Shown in pieces: positions 51,301 through 64,000 of a stretch of DNA of 64,000 bases. The stretch spans positions 54,934,001-54,998,000 of the forward strand of contig NC_087437.1 in assembly GCF_036321535.1 (NCBI RefSeq), given 5' to 3'. A program made the position numbers and the translations under genes. Below the pieces are notes generated by a model. It searched no databases and had not been told where the DNA came from. It saw only the letters and a list, made by a program, of their open reading frames with translations. Source of the DNA: Camelus dromedarius. Lineage: Eukaryota. The stretch's first letter is position 1, and every line of letters begins with the position of its first letter.

Positions 51301-52290
51301 ATTAATGAAAGCTACATACTGGGAGAAAATAAGTGCAATTTATACATATCTGACAAAGCACATACGTCCAGAATATAGAAAGAACTCTTAGCAACTCAAA
51401 ATGAAGGCAAACAATTCAATTAAAAAAAAAATAGACAAAATATTTGAACAAATACTTATTGAAATTATACAAAACTAATGAACAAATAAAATATGCTCTA
51501 AATCTTTAGTCTTTAGAGAAGTACAAATTAAAATTTCATGAGGTACCTCTACACATTGATTAGAATGGCTAAGATTTAAAGGAATGACATTACCAAGTGT
51601 TAACTATTAAATGGAGCAACCGGAACTCTTATACATTGCTGGTGAGGATGTAAAATGGTACAATCACTTTAGAAAACACTCTGATAATGTCTTGAAAAGT
51701 TAAACACATGTTTATCATATGACCCAGCATTTTTCCTCCTATACTTTGACCCAAGGAAAATGAAAACTTATTTCCATACAAAGACTTGTATACAAAAACT
51801 CATAGAAGCTTTATTTGCAATAGCCAAAACCAACTTAAAAGTCCATTAACAGGTGACAGGACAAGGTGTGCTATATTTTTAGAATGGAGAGCTTCTCATT
51901 GGTAATAAGGAAATGAACTACCAATAAAGGCAATGACATGGGAAAACCTCACACACTTTGTTGAGTGAAATGAACAAGATACCTCATGTCACCCCCCTCC
52001 CCACCAAAAAGAGTATCTACTATGTAATTTCGTTTTCATGAAACCATAGAAAAGGCAAGTTTAGTCTATGTGACAGAAATCAGTCAGTAGTTTTCTGAAG
52101 CTGGGAGAGATGTCTGACTCTAATGGGATACAAAGAAACTTTTTGAAGTAGTAGGAATGTTCTAGAACTTGATTATGGTGATAGTTACAAAAGCCTATGA
52201 ATTCCTTAAAATTTATCATAGTGCACATTTAAAATGGGTTCATTTATTAGACATCAATTATAAATTAAGTTTATTTTAATAAATAAACAG
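51300..52290 (+). mobile_element. Old L1 (L1MC/MD-like) ORF2 end and 3' UTR, continuing 47656-47865
   Basis: actgggagaaaat...catatctgacaaag...gctggtgaggatgtaaaatggtacaatcactttagaaaac...cttgattatggtgatagttaca. Confidence 0.85.
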
Positions 52291-55200
52291 CAAAATGCAC
52301 ATTTCGCCTTTTTTATTTTTTCAAATATGGACAAGACATTTTTGAATGAGGGCTGTGGGCTTTGCATCAGATGTGTGTCATAGCGCATGTCATAATGGGT
52401 CCTCTACAATTTACAATTTGGGTTTCTTCAAAGGAGAGCAGGAATTTAAAGACACTTGTGAAACGCTGTGAGTGCAGAATGCTTTACAACTTTTAAGCTT
52501 TTTTCTCCTAATATTTTAAAGTGGCTTATCCATACCTAACTGAATTTTTTTTTTTCCTAAGTGAAATGCCTCTATGGAACTTTTCCAAAACATTCTATTT
52601 AGATGTTATTTTTTAAAATAAAAACATTTTCACTGTTTTTTGTTAATTTACATAATAGCTAATTAAACAGTGCAATTACTATAACAAGTGCAAATGGTAG
52701 GAGTAAGTTTGAGAGCAAATGCAGCTGACTCTGGTGGCCAGCTGGAGCAGGGGTCAGGCCGTGCTCATAGCAGTGTTAATGGGTTATGTACAAAGCCCAG
52801 GACTGAATGGCTGATGGGATGGAAACGGAAGATCCCTAGCGTGACACACAGTGCCTGACATAATAATATGTGCTTGTTATCTGCTTCATTTGAACGTTTA
52901 CCTTCTGTATTCTCTCTCACGAGTCCTAAGGATTTCATAGCAGGTGTTCAATAAATGTTGAATTAAATTATTTTCAATCTCACAGGGAGTTACTTGGGTT
53001 AAGCCTCTATTCATTTATGAATGTTTGGCAATCCTATATTAAAAATTACATTTGGAACATGCGTTCCACAAGGGCTTATCTGCCTGACAGCTGTGTCAGC
53101 TACATTGGCCCATAGTAGGTTCTCAACACACATTTTGTGAAAGCATAACTTTAATGAGTCTCCTGCCTTCTCAGGAATCTTTTGAATAATAATGGGTCTA
53201 AAACCAATCTCTAATAATCTTTCTCAAACTTTTAAGTCAGCAAATTCCTTGTGCAACCTTTTTTTTAAGTCAGTAAATCTCTGAAAATTTATTCTGAGGA
53301 AGTTGATGGTATAGAGATGAAACTGGTAAGAGGGCTCTGGTCTGTCACTACCCTCCTCCACTCCTCTTCCTATTCTAAGGTTCGGACATAGCTGAATCCT
53401 CCAAATCCTTAAGATTCTTTGGCGCATGCTTTAAAATCTCTAATTCTGGCTCACACTTTAATTTACGAAAGAGGAATCTGAGGCCCCTGGGGGTTAAATG
53501 ACTGGAAGTCACATAGCAGTGTAGGTATGATAAAGAAAACCCACGTCTTCTGACTTTTATTCTGTTGTTTTCAGCTACCTTTCTGTTCCAATTTTGCTGT
53601 GTCCCATGGATAACATCTGATATATTTAAAAGCTTTCCTTCAGTGGGAGTTTCTCTTCTCTTTAAATAAACCATCACTCCGTTTTGTCACCTGGACCATG
53701 CTGAATTATTCCTCGGTGTTTACACCTGTCAAATATTTATAGGCCGCCATCATGGTACTCCTTAGTCATCCCTCGGCCTCGTTATATGTCCACATATAGC
53801 TCCTCTAATCTTTTTGTACAAATCAGTCTCTCTAGTGTCTTCATCATTTGTACGACTCTTCTCTCTAGCGCCTATAAAAGAACAATTTGAGTATATTCCA
53901 GATGGGAAAACAATAACCCCAACATGTTGTAACAGGGGGGAGAAAAACACACTGAATAGATGAAAGGAACAATCTACAGGTTAATTAGTAGTATGGCCAC
54001 AAATATGTGCACAGTTTTGTTTCAGAAATAAAGCAAGCTGTATTTGTTGTAACTATCTCTTCTTTGAACTTAACAGAATGCTGATAATGCCAAGCTGTGT
54101 TTACAGTCCAAATTTTTGCTAAAGACCTTCAACTTTGCACTCCCCTTGTGTGGTATCTCTTGCCTAAGACAAAACTACAAATAAAAGTGCACAGCAGGAG
54201 CTGATGCAAGGACCCATTACTGGGCTTATCTGTTTTGATACAGTTGCTGTGGATTTACTTGGCTTCTGGGAGCGCCCTTTAAGCCCTAGTAAGGGAGAGC
54301 CCTTGATTTATCTTACTAGATATTAGGCACTTGGGTATCAGTCATCCTGTAAAAATTAAATGTTTACCAAATATGATCATCTAAAAATAGAAACTTTAGT
54401 ACAAGAGGAATCATCCCGAAATCCTCTGCTGGAACATTGCCTATTGCCTGGTTTTCTTGTTTAATTTCATAACTTTTATAGTTTTTCAACAAATTTGGAG
54501 TCTTGAAAAGCTATCCAATAAATTACCATTGAGCTTATTCTAATCCTTACCCTCAGGCAGACTTAATCTAACTTCAACTTGCATATTCAACTTATAAAAT
54601 TTATCTTAGAATGAAAAATCGAAGACTGGGAAGGTGCTTAGAAAAACACATGTTATAGAAAGTGATAGAGAGTGTATGCCCAGGTCCGTTTAGGAAATGT
54701 TCCATTTTTGTCTCAGACTCTCATGTGGTCCAGAGAGTGTTTCTTCAGACCCAACCAAATCCATCCTGTAGAATTTACTGTGCCTTTCCCATGCTGCTCT
54801 CTCATGACCTCACGGGACTGTAAGGTTCAACAAGGTAGAAATGTGATTTCTTGTTCTGTTCTCTTTATAAAACATTGCCCTGCACCTCAGAAATGATGAC
54901 AGCCAGCAGAGTTTATCAGAATGGAATTTAAACTTTTGCGCCTTTAAACCCAGTGATTGTGCTGTTCTGGATGTGGCAAAGAAGGGTGACTGTTTCCTCT
55001 CTCACACAAAGCAAGATTGTGAAGGGACTTATTCTCTGAATGAAAGGAGAGAGGGGAAAAGTAGGAACCTTCTCATGTTTTATTCAGATGTTAACAAAGA
55101 AAATTGAGAAGTGTGTTTCCTTAAAATCGACACCATTTTTATCCCAAACATTCTGGTAAGTGATAGCAGACAACTGTGCAAGCTTTTTGAGAGAGAAGAG

Positions 55201-56389
55201 TTTCTCCAGGAGCATAGTCCTGGTGGGAAGTATTACCTAAAAGCAGTACGCTAATCACTTTCCATCTTGCATATTTTTGCATACTGTGTGCATACACACA
55301 TGTATTAATAACTGTTCCCAAGACGTCACTTCAGCGCTCAGACAGCTCAGTGTTGCTATGAGAGAGCGAGAGATGGAATCCATGCCGACTGCAGTTTAGC
55401 AACAGGGACTTTACAGACACGGAAGGGCGACGATGGCCTGAGGTCTAAGACTTTGTGCCTGGGTCTCCCTCTGAGCCCAGACGTAGCATCATGTGTCAAA
55501 TGTTCATGGTATCCATCTGCCTGAGAAGAGAAATGGCCCTGCCAGCATTTCCGAGAAGCTTAGATCCTTAAAATCTATCCACTCACATCCGTTCTGCATT
55601 CCTTCTGGGGCTTTGGCATAGGAATTCCTTAGAATGTGATCTCTGGATGCGAGCCCCAGATGTAGAAGTATTTTCTGTTCTATTGTACATGTGATTTGTA
55701 TTAATATTCATAACAAACTTATTTTACAGTGATATATTTTGAAGGAATTCCTTACATTTTATTGTCACTTGTAATTTAATGCATGTATTTCTCCCAGTAT
55801 CACTTTATGAGTCGCCTTGTTGCTTGCCCAGAGTCACAGATATATATATATATGGTAGAGTTAGGGCTAGGACCTAATACTTCTAACTGCAAATCTGCCA
55901 CGTACTCTACTCAACGGGTTTGTGTCCTTAAAAATAATAATAATAATTAACAAAGTAAAACTGGACATGTATCAAGTAAGTAATAAATATAGCCCCTTGT
56001 ACAGAACAAATCAATTCAGACCAGCTACGGTCAGACAGGAACCAGAGCCTGGCCTTTTTTGGTCCCATCAGTGAAACCCAATACCCACATCCTGCTGCCA
56101 TTTTTTTTTTTTCAGAACATGCAAATGTTTAAATCCAAAATATACCCAGTGTTTCAGAGAGAATTGGAATGATTGTGCCGGGTCAGAGGGTAATGAGTGA
56201 GTTAACCTTGTTCTGGAATCATGTAGGCATCATCCTTGTGGCCTGCAGTTTGCCACAGGGTACTTCCATTTACAGTGAGACTCCCCTGTGTGGAGGGAGA
56301 AGTTCCTTATGCTCAGGCAACAGCGCCTACTAGTGGAAAGAAACTACTACTTCGCGGTCATACACCGGGGAATAGGTTTCGCAGCTGAG

Positions 56390-56885
56390 ATCCTGTACTA
56401 CGCTGAGAGCTGAAAGACCCGAGTCCAGGTCTCCCCTCTGCTGTCGGCTTGCTATAGGATCTTAATCAAGGCACTGCCTCTGACTGAGCTTCTGCCCTTT
56501 CATCTGTAAATGAGGCTGGACTGGATAGTTTCTACATTTTCACATGCTCTTACATTTTAGGACTCTTTTAATCTTCTGACAGTGACTGTGGGCAGTTCAG
56601 CACTAAGCAGAAACCCAAGCAAGACTAATTGCCTTCCCTGGGCTGTAGTGTCAGGCGAGCATATCACCCACTTCTGGGTCCAGCACCGCACATGCACGTA
56701 ATGTGGTCCAGCTCGAAGATCCCTGGACGCGGGGTTCGATGAACTGAGCTTAAATTCCAGCTCTGTTATGTACCTCTCAAGTCATGCACAAGATTATTCC
56801 TCAGTTAACTCATTTGTTAAAAAAGGATGATTGTCTTATCTGACTTTCAGTTGTTGTGAGATTCAAATGAGAACGTGGGAATGAT
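56390..56885 (+). mobile_element. Two MIR-family SINE fragments (~56390-56570 and ~56700-56885)
   Basis: ttcatctgtaaatgaggctggactggat and cctcagttaactcatttgttaaaa...gttgttgtgagattcaaatgaga. Confidence 0.7.
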
Positions 56886-57544
56886 GAAGTTTTATATGAA
56901 CTTGCAGGATTCCTCCCCATCTCCATCTATCAGAAATGTAGAAGTGCTGTTAGTTATAGCTTTCATTTTGCTCCTTTTGGCGGCAGCAGGTGAGAAAGTG
57001 CATTCCCTCTTGTAAGTCAACAGATGAGAAGAGGAGAAAAGAAGGTGGCTATTGCTGCGCCCTGAAGCACAACAGCTTCGGAGACACCCAGCGTTAGCTT
57101 CGCTCTTTAAAACCCAGAGCACATTTGGAGATTTCCCACCAGTAAAACTGAAAGTAACGGGTCAGACTTTGTCGCTTTGCGTGGAGCCTGAGGGAAACAC
57201 AGATTCCCACGAGAGATGCCGCAGAGCTCATTCTTATCTTGTCACCGGTAATCCTTGCAGCAGCAGTTTTAACTGTACTCGTAAACACCGATATTTTTTT
57301 TTTCCTGTTAACAGATCAATCCTGAAATAATTTTTAAATAGAGAAGAATAGATTAAGAATTCAGAGTTGAAAGTACAAAAATGCCCACGTGTCAAAATTA
57401 ACTTGAAAAGGAATCTTGCTCTAGCCCAAAATACGTAACTAACATTCCTGTTAGGGTGGTTGTAAGGTTTAGGCAAGCTTGCTGCCGGGCCGGATGTTTT
57501 GAAGAATTTTGGAATTCTAAAATCAAAAGCCAGGTTAGAGGACA

Positions 57545-57765
57545 GGTGAAGTGGGCTTTAAGGCCAAACTGCCTGGGCCCCGGTTCCAGCTTTGGTATTG
57601 AACTCCGTGGGCAAGTTACCGAATCTCTCTGGACGGCCGCTTTTTCAACTGTAACGGAGATACTGAGAGGGCCTGGTCATCAGGTTGTTGGAAGGATTAC
57701 TTGGGACAATGTATTTAAATACTTAAACAGCGAACGATAAGTGCTGAAGAAATCTTGATGATTTT
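57545..57765 (+). mobile_element. MIR SINE
   Basis: aggccaaactgcctggg...tgggcaagttaccgaatctctctg...ggttgttggaaggatta. Confidence 0.75.
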
Positions 57766-58607
57766 CATCACGCTGGGGTCCACAGACTTTTTCAGGCCTG
57801 GGATTGAATTTCTAGCACTCAAAATTCTATTGGCACCATACTGGTAAATATGAATCTTACATAACTGCGTCACGGGCGCAGCTGCCTCTCACCCCCACAC
57901 CGAACACTGTCTTTAGAGGAGGGTCCGGAGTGCACATCTCTGGTTGTTGTCATGATGAGCCCTTCACTTCCAAGTTGTCAGAAAGAAGCAGGGCCTGTAC
58001 TTGGCACTTGGCAGCTGTTCCTGTCACTGAACTCGGTGCTAGGTCGTCAAGGCTGTCGTCATCATGGCCTTTCCACAGAGGCTGAGGAAAGGTCACCACT
58101 GTGCACAGTCCTTGGCACAGAATAGAGACTCAGTAAGTGTGTTTGTTGAAGGGTTAAAAGAATAACAGGACAGATGACCCAGCAACTTGTTTTGAAAACA
58201 AGGGACTTCAGGCTCAGAACATCTAGGTAGCTTGTCCGGGCTCCCCTGGCTAGTGACCAACACAGGCAAACCTCGCAGTGCTGCCTGACCACCTTTCCAC
58301 CACGCTATAGACAACTGCGTCCAAGGGGCACCGGGTAGCGTATCCCACACTGCGAAGCAGCGTTATTTCCTGTTTTGCTTTCGTTGTTGTTGTTTTCTGG
58401 TTGTTATGTTTGTTCTACTCTTTCCGAGAATGGAAGTTGTTGTCAGAAAGTGATTTTCCTGACCACCGGGCACGTGTATATTAGTTTAGGGAAGGTTGGG
58501 ACCAGGGTATGTGGTGTCCGACTTGGTCCCTCTGTCACTGCTTTCTAAGAACACTCTGGGGCAAACTCCACTTTGTAGAACACATAAGCACACGCTTCCC
58601 TTTAGAA

Positions 58608-58720
58608 CACTGGTTCCCAACCCCACTGCCCTAGATTAAATGAATCAGACTCTCTGTGGTGTAACATGACCATCGGTATTATTTTAAAAGCTTTCCTGGT
58701 GGGAAGCCAGAGTTGGAGGT
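58608..58720. mobile_element. MER5-like hAT MITE remnant
   Basis: cactggttcccaacc...gaatcagactctctg...ttttaaaagctttcctggtg...gccagagttgg. Confidence 0.55.
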
Positions 58721-60071
58721 TCAACACTTCAAGCTCTTCCCTTCCTTACCTGCACTGACTTCCCCATCTGTAGCCGATCGTGACACCTTACTGAGCTCTC
58801 CCGAGGCTCGGGGGGCGGTGGGGCGCAGTTGCTTAGGCAAATGATGCTGTCCTGGCTCTGTTTTCCCTGGGAGTGGGAGCAGGTGCAGGCCCCACTCCTA
58901 AGCAGTGCTTGCTTTTGCAACCTTATGTGAGACTCCCCCTCCCAATTTACATCCTTACCTGAAGGTCCAGCCTAAGCAAATACGTATCTATAAGTGATGT
59001 TTAGACCTCCTAATGACTTCCTTTTACCGGTGGGTGACTCGGTCCTCACTGCATCTCCTCAGGTTTGTCTCCCAGCTTCATCCACCCGTTCCTGAACCGA
59101 TCTCTCTGACGGTGTGGGGGTGTGTTTTCTTTATTTTGTTTTCTTGTTACTTAGCTTAATTTCTTGTTTTGTACTAAAACGCTTCTTATGTTGTCTTTTT
59201 CTGAAAGCTTCGTATGTCTGCCTCCAGTTCCAGTGCTGTTGTAGTCATTGCTCCTTTTCCTGTCGTCTGTCTGTGCACATGCATGTGTGTGCATGAGGGA
59301 GAGGGAGAGAGAGGATGAGAGGACAGGGGAGAGAAAGACAGAGGGGAACAGCTGTCTGCCACCTGCTTCTCCTTCCCATCCATGCTCCCACTGAATCTGC
59401 AAGGACCACCTAAGCAATAACCTAGTGAAGTAGCATAACACGGTTCTATACACACAGGCAGTGGCAAAATGAGAGGTGTGCTGCAGTCTGGCTTTTAATA
59501 TATGAGAAGGATTCCAGGATTCAAAGCTAAATAGCACTAGCGAAGGAAACTGAATGCTGCTGCGTTATTTAAAGGCAGAGTCCAAGAAAATAGTAAAAAC
59601 TCGATTTGATGTGTGATGTACTGATACCACACCTTCAGTGTCTACCCGATGGCATTCTTTGTGCATCCTGTATTGTTCAGGCTCTACTGCAGTGCTGTGT
59701 GAGAAATTTATTTATGACACAAAGGAGCCTGTTCTGTAGGAATGCTTGTAACCAATGTATGTGAACTGCTCTCTGGCTCAATGCTGGCAAAGTATTTTAT
59801 GAGAAAACCTAGCTGATTCCATTCATGTATGTTATCAGTGGGTGGAAAGCCACTGGAAACTCTTTAAACTAATACATAAAGAGATGGCATCAGGGGAGCC
59901 ACTGTTGTTGGTAAAAAGCAATATATATTATGATGCTACAGAAATTTATTTTTTTCAGCCAACTCACTGTTAACCGTCTGTCCCCTAACTGTTTTGTATG
60001 AAGATGAAACCTGGGCGATACTTGTCAGCTGTTATCCTGACAGGCGGTACAGAAATAGGCACCCCTTGGAA

Positions 60072-60248
60072 CAGTGGCTCCACTTGGCTGAACATTACAG
60101 TCCCCTGGAGTACTTTCTAAAATGCCAACCCTAAGACATCCCACCTCGGCCAAGGAAATCAGAATCTCTGGGGCTGGACCCAGAGAGCAGTATTATTTTT
60201 TTAATTCCCCAGGTGATTTCAACCCTCAGGCAAAGTTGAGAATCACTG
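60072..60248. mobile_element. MER5A-like hAT-Charlie MITE
   Basis: Termini cagtggctc ... gttgagaatcactg; internal aatcagaatctctgggg and ccccaggtgatt are typical of MER5. Confidence 0.8.
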
Positions 60249-60944
60249 TCCTAGGACTTAAGCAGTTTAAAAAACAGGTTGTCTATTATTATATGCATTA
60301 ATATTACAGGATTCCATAAAGTAGAAGATTTGGTAAATAGACAGTGCCACCATCCTCGAACCCTCAGTGAGTGTCATGGACTTGTCACATGGAGTGCAAA
60401 CTCGTTCTATTGTCTTTTCATACCTTCAGTGGAAGGTAATTTCTGAATCAGCTTAATGGAGGATGACTCCAATGGACAACGTGTAGGATAAATTGGCCCA
60501 AGCTTTGTTTCCAGGGACAATTTGCCATCATTTCATGACCCTGATATGACCTTACTGATTCAACTTTTGGAACAGGACTTTGTTTGGAATATATTTTAGA
60601 AGGCAGTTAATAAGAAAGCTGATATATCATGCATTGGCTTGCAGAGTTTCAATTCATTATGATATTTAAAGATAGAATATTAATTTTGCTTATACTTAAA
60701 ATTACTATTGTAAGTAGCAAAAAGGACATGACGACCAATGTGACCTGGCTGTGTGTCTGCATGAATTTACTGTTTTACTTTTGATGTTGAAGAACGCACA
60801 GATTTGGAAGTATGTCACTCCCCGCTCCCCATCACCGTGGCACCAGCTCTCAGAATGACTATGGACATTTGTAAAACAAGCAGGGTTTGCAAAAGAGGGT
60901 CTATGGCCTGTTGTATTCACGGTGTACTGGTCACAAGAACATCG

Positions 60945-61250
60945 TTTTATTTATTTTTATTTTTTTGTGGAAGTATAGTCAGTTTACGATGTGTCAGTTT
61001 CTGGTGTACAGCATAATAGTTCAGTCATACATATACACACATACATTCATTTTTATATTCTTTTTCATTATAGTATAGTTACCTGTGCTATATAGTAAAA
61101 ACTTGTTGTTTATCTATTTTGTATATGTAGTAGTCAGTATCTGCAAGTCTCGAACTCCCAGTTTATCCCTTCCCACCCGCTTCCCGCCTTGGTAACCCCA
61201 AGTTTGTTCTCTCTGTCTGTAAACCTGTTTGTGTTTTGTAAATAAGATCA
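60945..61250 (-). mobile_element. Short cetartiodactyl-type L1 3' end
   Basis: gaagtatagtcagtttacgatgtgtcagtttctggtgtacagcat...ctcgaactcccagtttatcccttcccacc, similar to 46730-47000. Confidence 0.88.
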
Positions 61251-62499
61251 TCTTTAAACGGTATTTTATTTCCATATTACAAAATAAATAAATTCACATT
61301 ATGAAAAGAGAACGCTGGGACCGTTAAATATGCAAACACACGTCTCACTCTTTCACCCCCCTCTCTTAACTTGTTGATTTGCCGGTCATGTCACCCTTCA
61401 CCCATGCCATTCCTAAAGTGACTTGTTCAAAACCTGTGTAAACTTTAAGACCTAGCTCAAGTACTGAGACAGCCACAAAGCCTTTCCATTTGTAAGAGGA
61501 AGTAAATCAGAGATAGCAGAGCAATCAGGAAGCCATTGCAATGGCCCATGAAAGATAAAGAGCCCAATGTGGGCAGCAGACACGTGGTGGGAAAGAAGCA
61601 TTTCAGAGACACTGCAGAGGTTCTATCGTTGTAGTTGGGGGCGGGCTAGGGGATGGGTGAGAACATTGTGTGACTGGCTCCACAGTGGGTATAAAGCAAT
61701 ATATATAACAAGTAGTAATATATGGACAAGCTTTTATGGGTTCAGGCATCTCAGTTCACTGACAAAATTCTCCCCAGGATGTCTAACCCTCTGTCATTGG
61801 ATTTTTTTAAGTGACTGTGCTAAGCTTTGCCACTGAGTTCCTCCTACCAGCCCTGGGTCTGAACTTGACCCTGAGTTTCCCACTGGCCCCTCATCAATTG
61901 TTTCCTTCATGCTCTGATGGCTTCAAGTCTGGTACCGTTCCCCTGGTTTTTCTTGTTGAAAAGTGCTGAGACACCTGTCTCCAAGATGGGCAGCAAGCAG
62001 GACTGTGGGATGCTTTTAATGACGTGTAGCGCGGGCCCCTCTAGGGGCCAGGATGCACTCTGCATGAGTGACTTTCCACTGTGAATGTTTCCCTAAGAGG
62101 CATAGTTTGTAAGTTTTTGTTAATGCGAAAAGGGAACATTCGGGCACCTTTTCTGTCCTGCTGATGTGTAGGGCTATTTTTAATTTTTGTTCTTCGCTCT
62201 TTTTCTGGGCTTGTGATTTTAAGGTGCCAGACTGACTGTCCTCGAGCCTGGTGTCCTCAATTTCTCCCAAGAATAGGAAAAATACGGGAGGCAGCAGAGT
62301 TGGCCATGTCTGGGTCCAGTACATTAGCCTGACCCACTCAGGAAGAATATTCTCCCGGATATAAAGGAGAAGATTGTTCCTTCTGAACACCGTCCATCTG
62401 CTTTCATGGCTGAGAAGATAAAACCTTGTGGTGCTGCCGCCAAGTCACTGCAGAGATTTTGGATCCAGTAAGCTCAGCCACTCATCTCCTCTGTGGAAA

Positions 62500-62795
62500 A
62501 TCAATGTTTTCCTCTCTTCCATCCGCACCTGTCCAAATTCCGTCCTTTAAGGCTGATCTTAAATGCCTCTTGCTCCACGAAGCCTTTTCTGAGCCCTCTC
62601 ACACGTGAGTTTCCTCCCACATCTCCGTAGCCCTTCCTCATGTGACACCACATTTTATCATGGGATTGTAGGGTGCATATAGTTTCATAATTGATGTAAA
62701 AGGGACTGACACTGTCTGATTTATTTCTGTGTATCGTACAGAATAGAGTACTGGGCAAAGAGTAAATACCTGGGGAATGCCTGTTGAATACAAAG
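62500..62795 (+). mobile_element. L2 3' fragment
   Basis: tcctttaaggctgatcttaaatgcctc...gaagccttttctga...gaatgcctgttgaat. Confidence 0.65.
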
Positions 62796-63778
62796 AGAAT
62801 TCCAAAGCTTAGCTTTTTGTCCTGACCTTTAGGGCTCTCCTCTGACCTTTCTCTCCCTTTAATCAGTGATTGAAATTTCCTCCCGGATCCTAATGGGTAG
62901 CTCTCAAACTCTCCATTAACCATGTGGGCTCAGGCTCCTGGATTCCAGATAGTACAGCTCGGGCCACCATGGCCTGGATCATAATTGCTGCCTGCACCTG
63001 CCTGGTAGACCGCCATGACCGAGAGTCAGTAACATTTGGCTAGAACAATTTTCTTCCAAAGTGTAGTCCACAGATCACTGGTAGTCCCTGACAGAGTATC
63101 AAGGAATCCAGTTTGGTGTCGAGAGAAGGAAAGAGTAATAAAAGTTATTTTGTAGACTTGCATTTAACAGATCTGAAATGTAGAAGTACAGTATTCACAG
63201 GAATCCAATATGCTCTTAATCAATCACCCTGTTCTTAAAGACTGCTTGCGTACCACACAACCTGGCGGTGCTTAGCCCGTGTCCAGTAACAGCGTTGATC
63301 AGTGTTGCTGATCGCTGTTGTTTACCTGATGTTCAGTAACAGTGCCATTCAGCTCAGAGCATTTTCATGTCATTAGTGTTTTTCTCTGCTGCTGTAAAAC
63401 CTGCATTTTTTTATTATTGCTATTGTATTACACTGTTTCTTCAGTTCACCAAATAGATCAGTGATTTGAATGTGATTCTTACAAAAAAATAGTAATAAAG
63501 AAAATGCCATAAATACCACTTCAGATTAATATTACAAAGGTAAATTTTAGTGAACGCAATTCTAATATAAATATTGGAAATGAATCTGTATACACTGGGG
63601 TGAATGTGCTGATTTTACACAAGCACTTGAAAAAGAAAACTCTGAATGCTATGAGGATGATGTAATTTTTAAATTATATTTTATGGATTGGTAATCCATT
63701 TGCCCGAAATCTCCAGTATGTTTTCTGTAATGAAGTGTTGTCAGATAATAGCATGAAGCTCTTAGAATTTTTAGCATC

Positions 63779-63868
63779 TTTTTTTTTTTTTAATATAAGT
63801 ACTGGGGATTGAACCCAGGACCTTGTGCATATTAAGCACACGCTCCACCACTGAGCCATTTCCCTCCC
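63779..63868 (-). mobile_element. tRNA-derived SINE of the camelid Vic-1 type
   Basis: The minus strand reads GGGAGGGAAATGGCTCAGTGGTGGAGCGTGTGCTTAATATGCACAAGGTCCTGGGTTCAATCCCCAGTAC...(A)n, with Pol III A and B boxes. It is flanked by tagcatc[t/c]ttt direct repeats at 63772 and 63872. Confidence 0.85.
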
Positions 63869-64000
63869 TGCTAGCATCCTTTTCAAAAATAATAGAGTGA
63901 GCTTTCTAGTAAGCCAATTAAGTTTTTAGAATCATCACCAAAGTAGTGCCATGTGGAAAATCTCATTTTATTACCAAAGGCAATAAAAGTCCAAAATTTT

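Larger units (their letters stand above)
15358..64000 (+). other. LPP: LPP intron downstream of the NES exon (>48 kb; the LIM1 exon lies beyond the window)
   Basis: Starts with GTGAGT. No LIM-domain (CxxC...HxxC) exon was found in the ORF track or by reading the sequence. Confidence 0.8.

Noticed and set aside
56101..56202. T12-CAG acceptor with a downstream GTGAGT as a cryptic exon
   Set aside because: A simple T-run with weak donor context and no homology to LPP; no support from sequence alone.
63795..63868. tRNA gene
   Set aside because: The A-tail, TSD and poor acceptor-stem pairing indicate a SINE.

Overview
This is mammalian genomic DNA, probably from a camelid (camel or alpaca), judging by a Vic-1-type tRNA-derived SINE and cetartiodactyl-type L1 ends. 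The window lies inside the LPP gene (lipoma-preferred partner, a zyxin-family LIM protein) on the + strand. It contains one coding exon, 15231-15357 (127 bp, AG/GT-bounded), encoding GGQTGSLGPPAATPSFRPEDELEHLTKKMLYDMENPPADEYF(G), which carries the nuclear export signal just before LIM1. The rest is intron filled with MIR, L2, L3/CR1, L1, an MLT1 LTR, hAT MITEs and microsatellites. All other ORFs in the track are chance ORFs, microsatellite read-throughs or decayed L1 pieces. I found no evidence of a new multi-gene system. The best leads are candidate intronic regulatory modules: paired octamer/RBPJ/IRF sites at ~5.7-6.1 kb, a CArG pair at ~12.2-12.8 kb, and a CpG-rich C/EBP+EBF+G4 element at ~44.7-44.95 kb. 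Two retrotransposon structures also stand out: a chimeric L1 inside one TSD pair and a three-layer L1 nest with a 5' inversion. Repeat family names and boundaries were assigned by eye and are approximate unless TSDs or TIRs are quoted.
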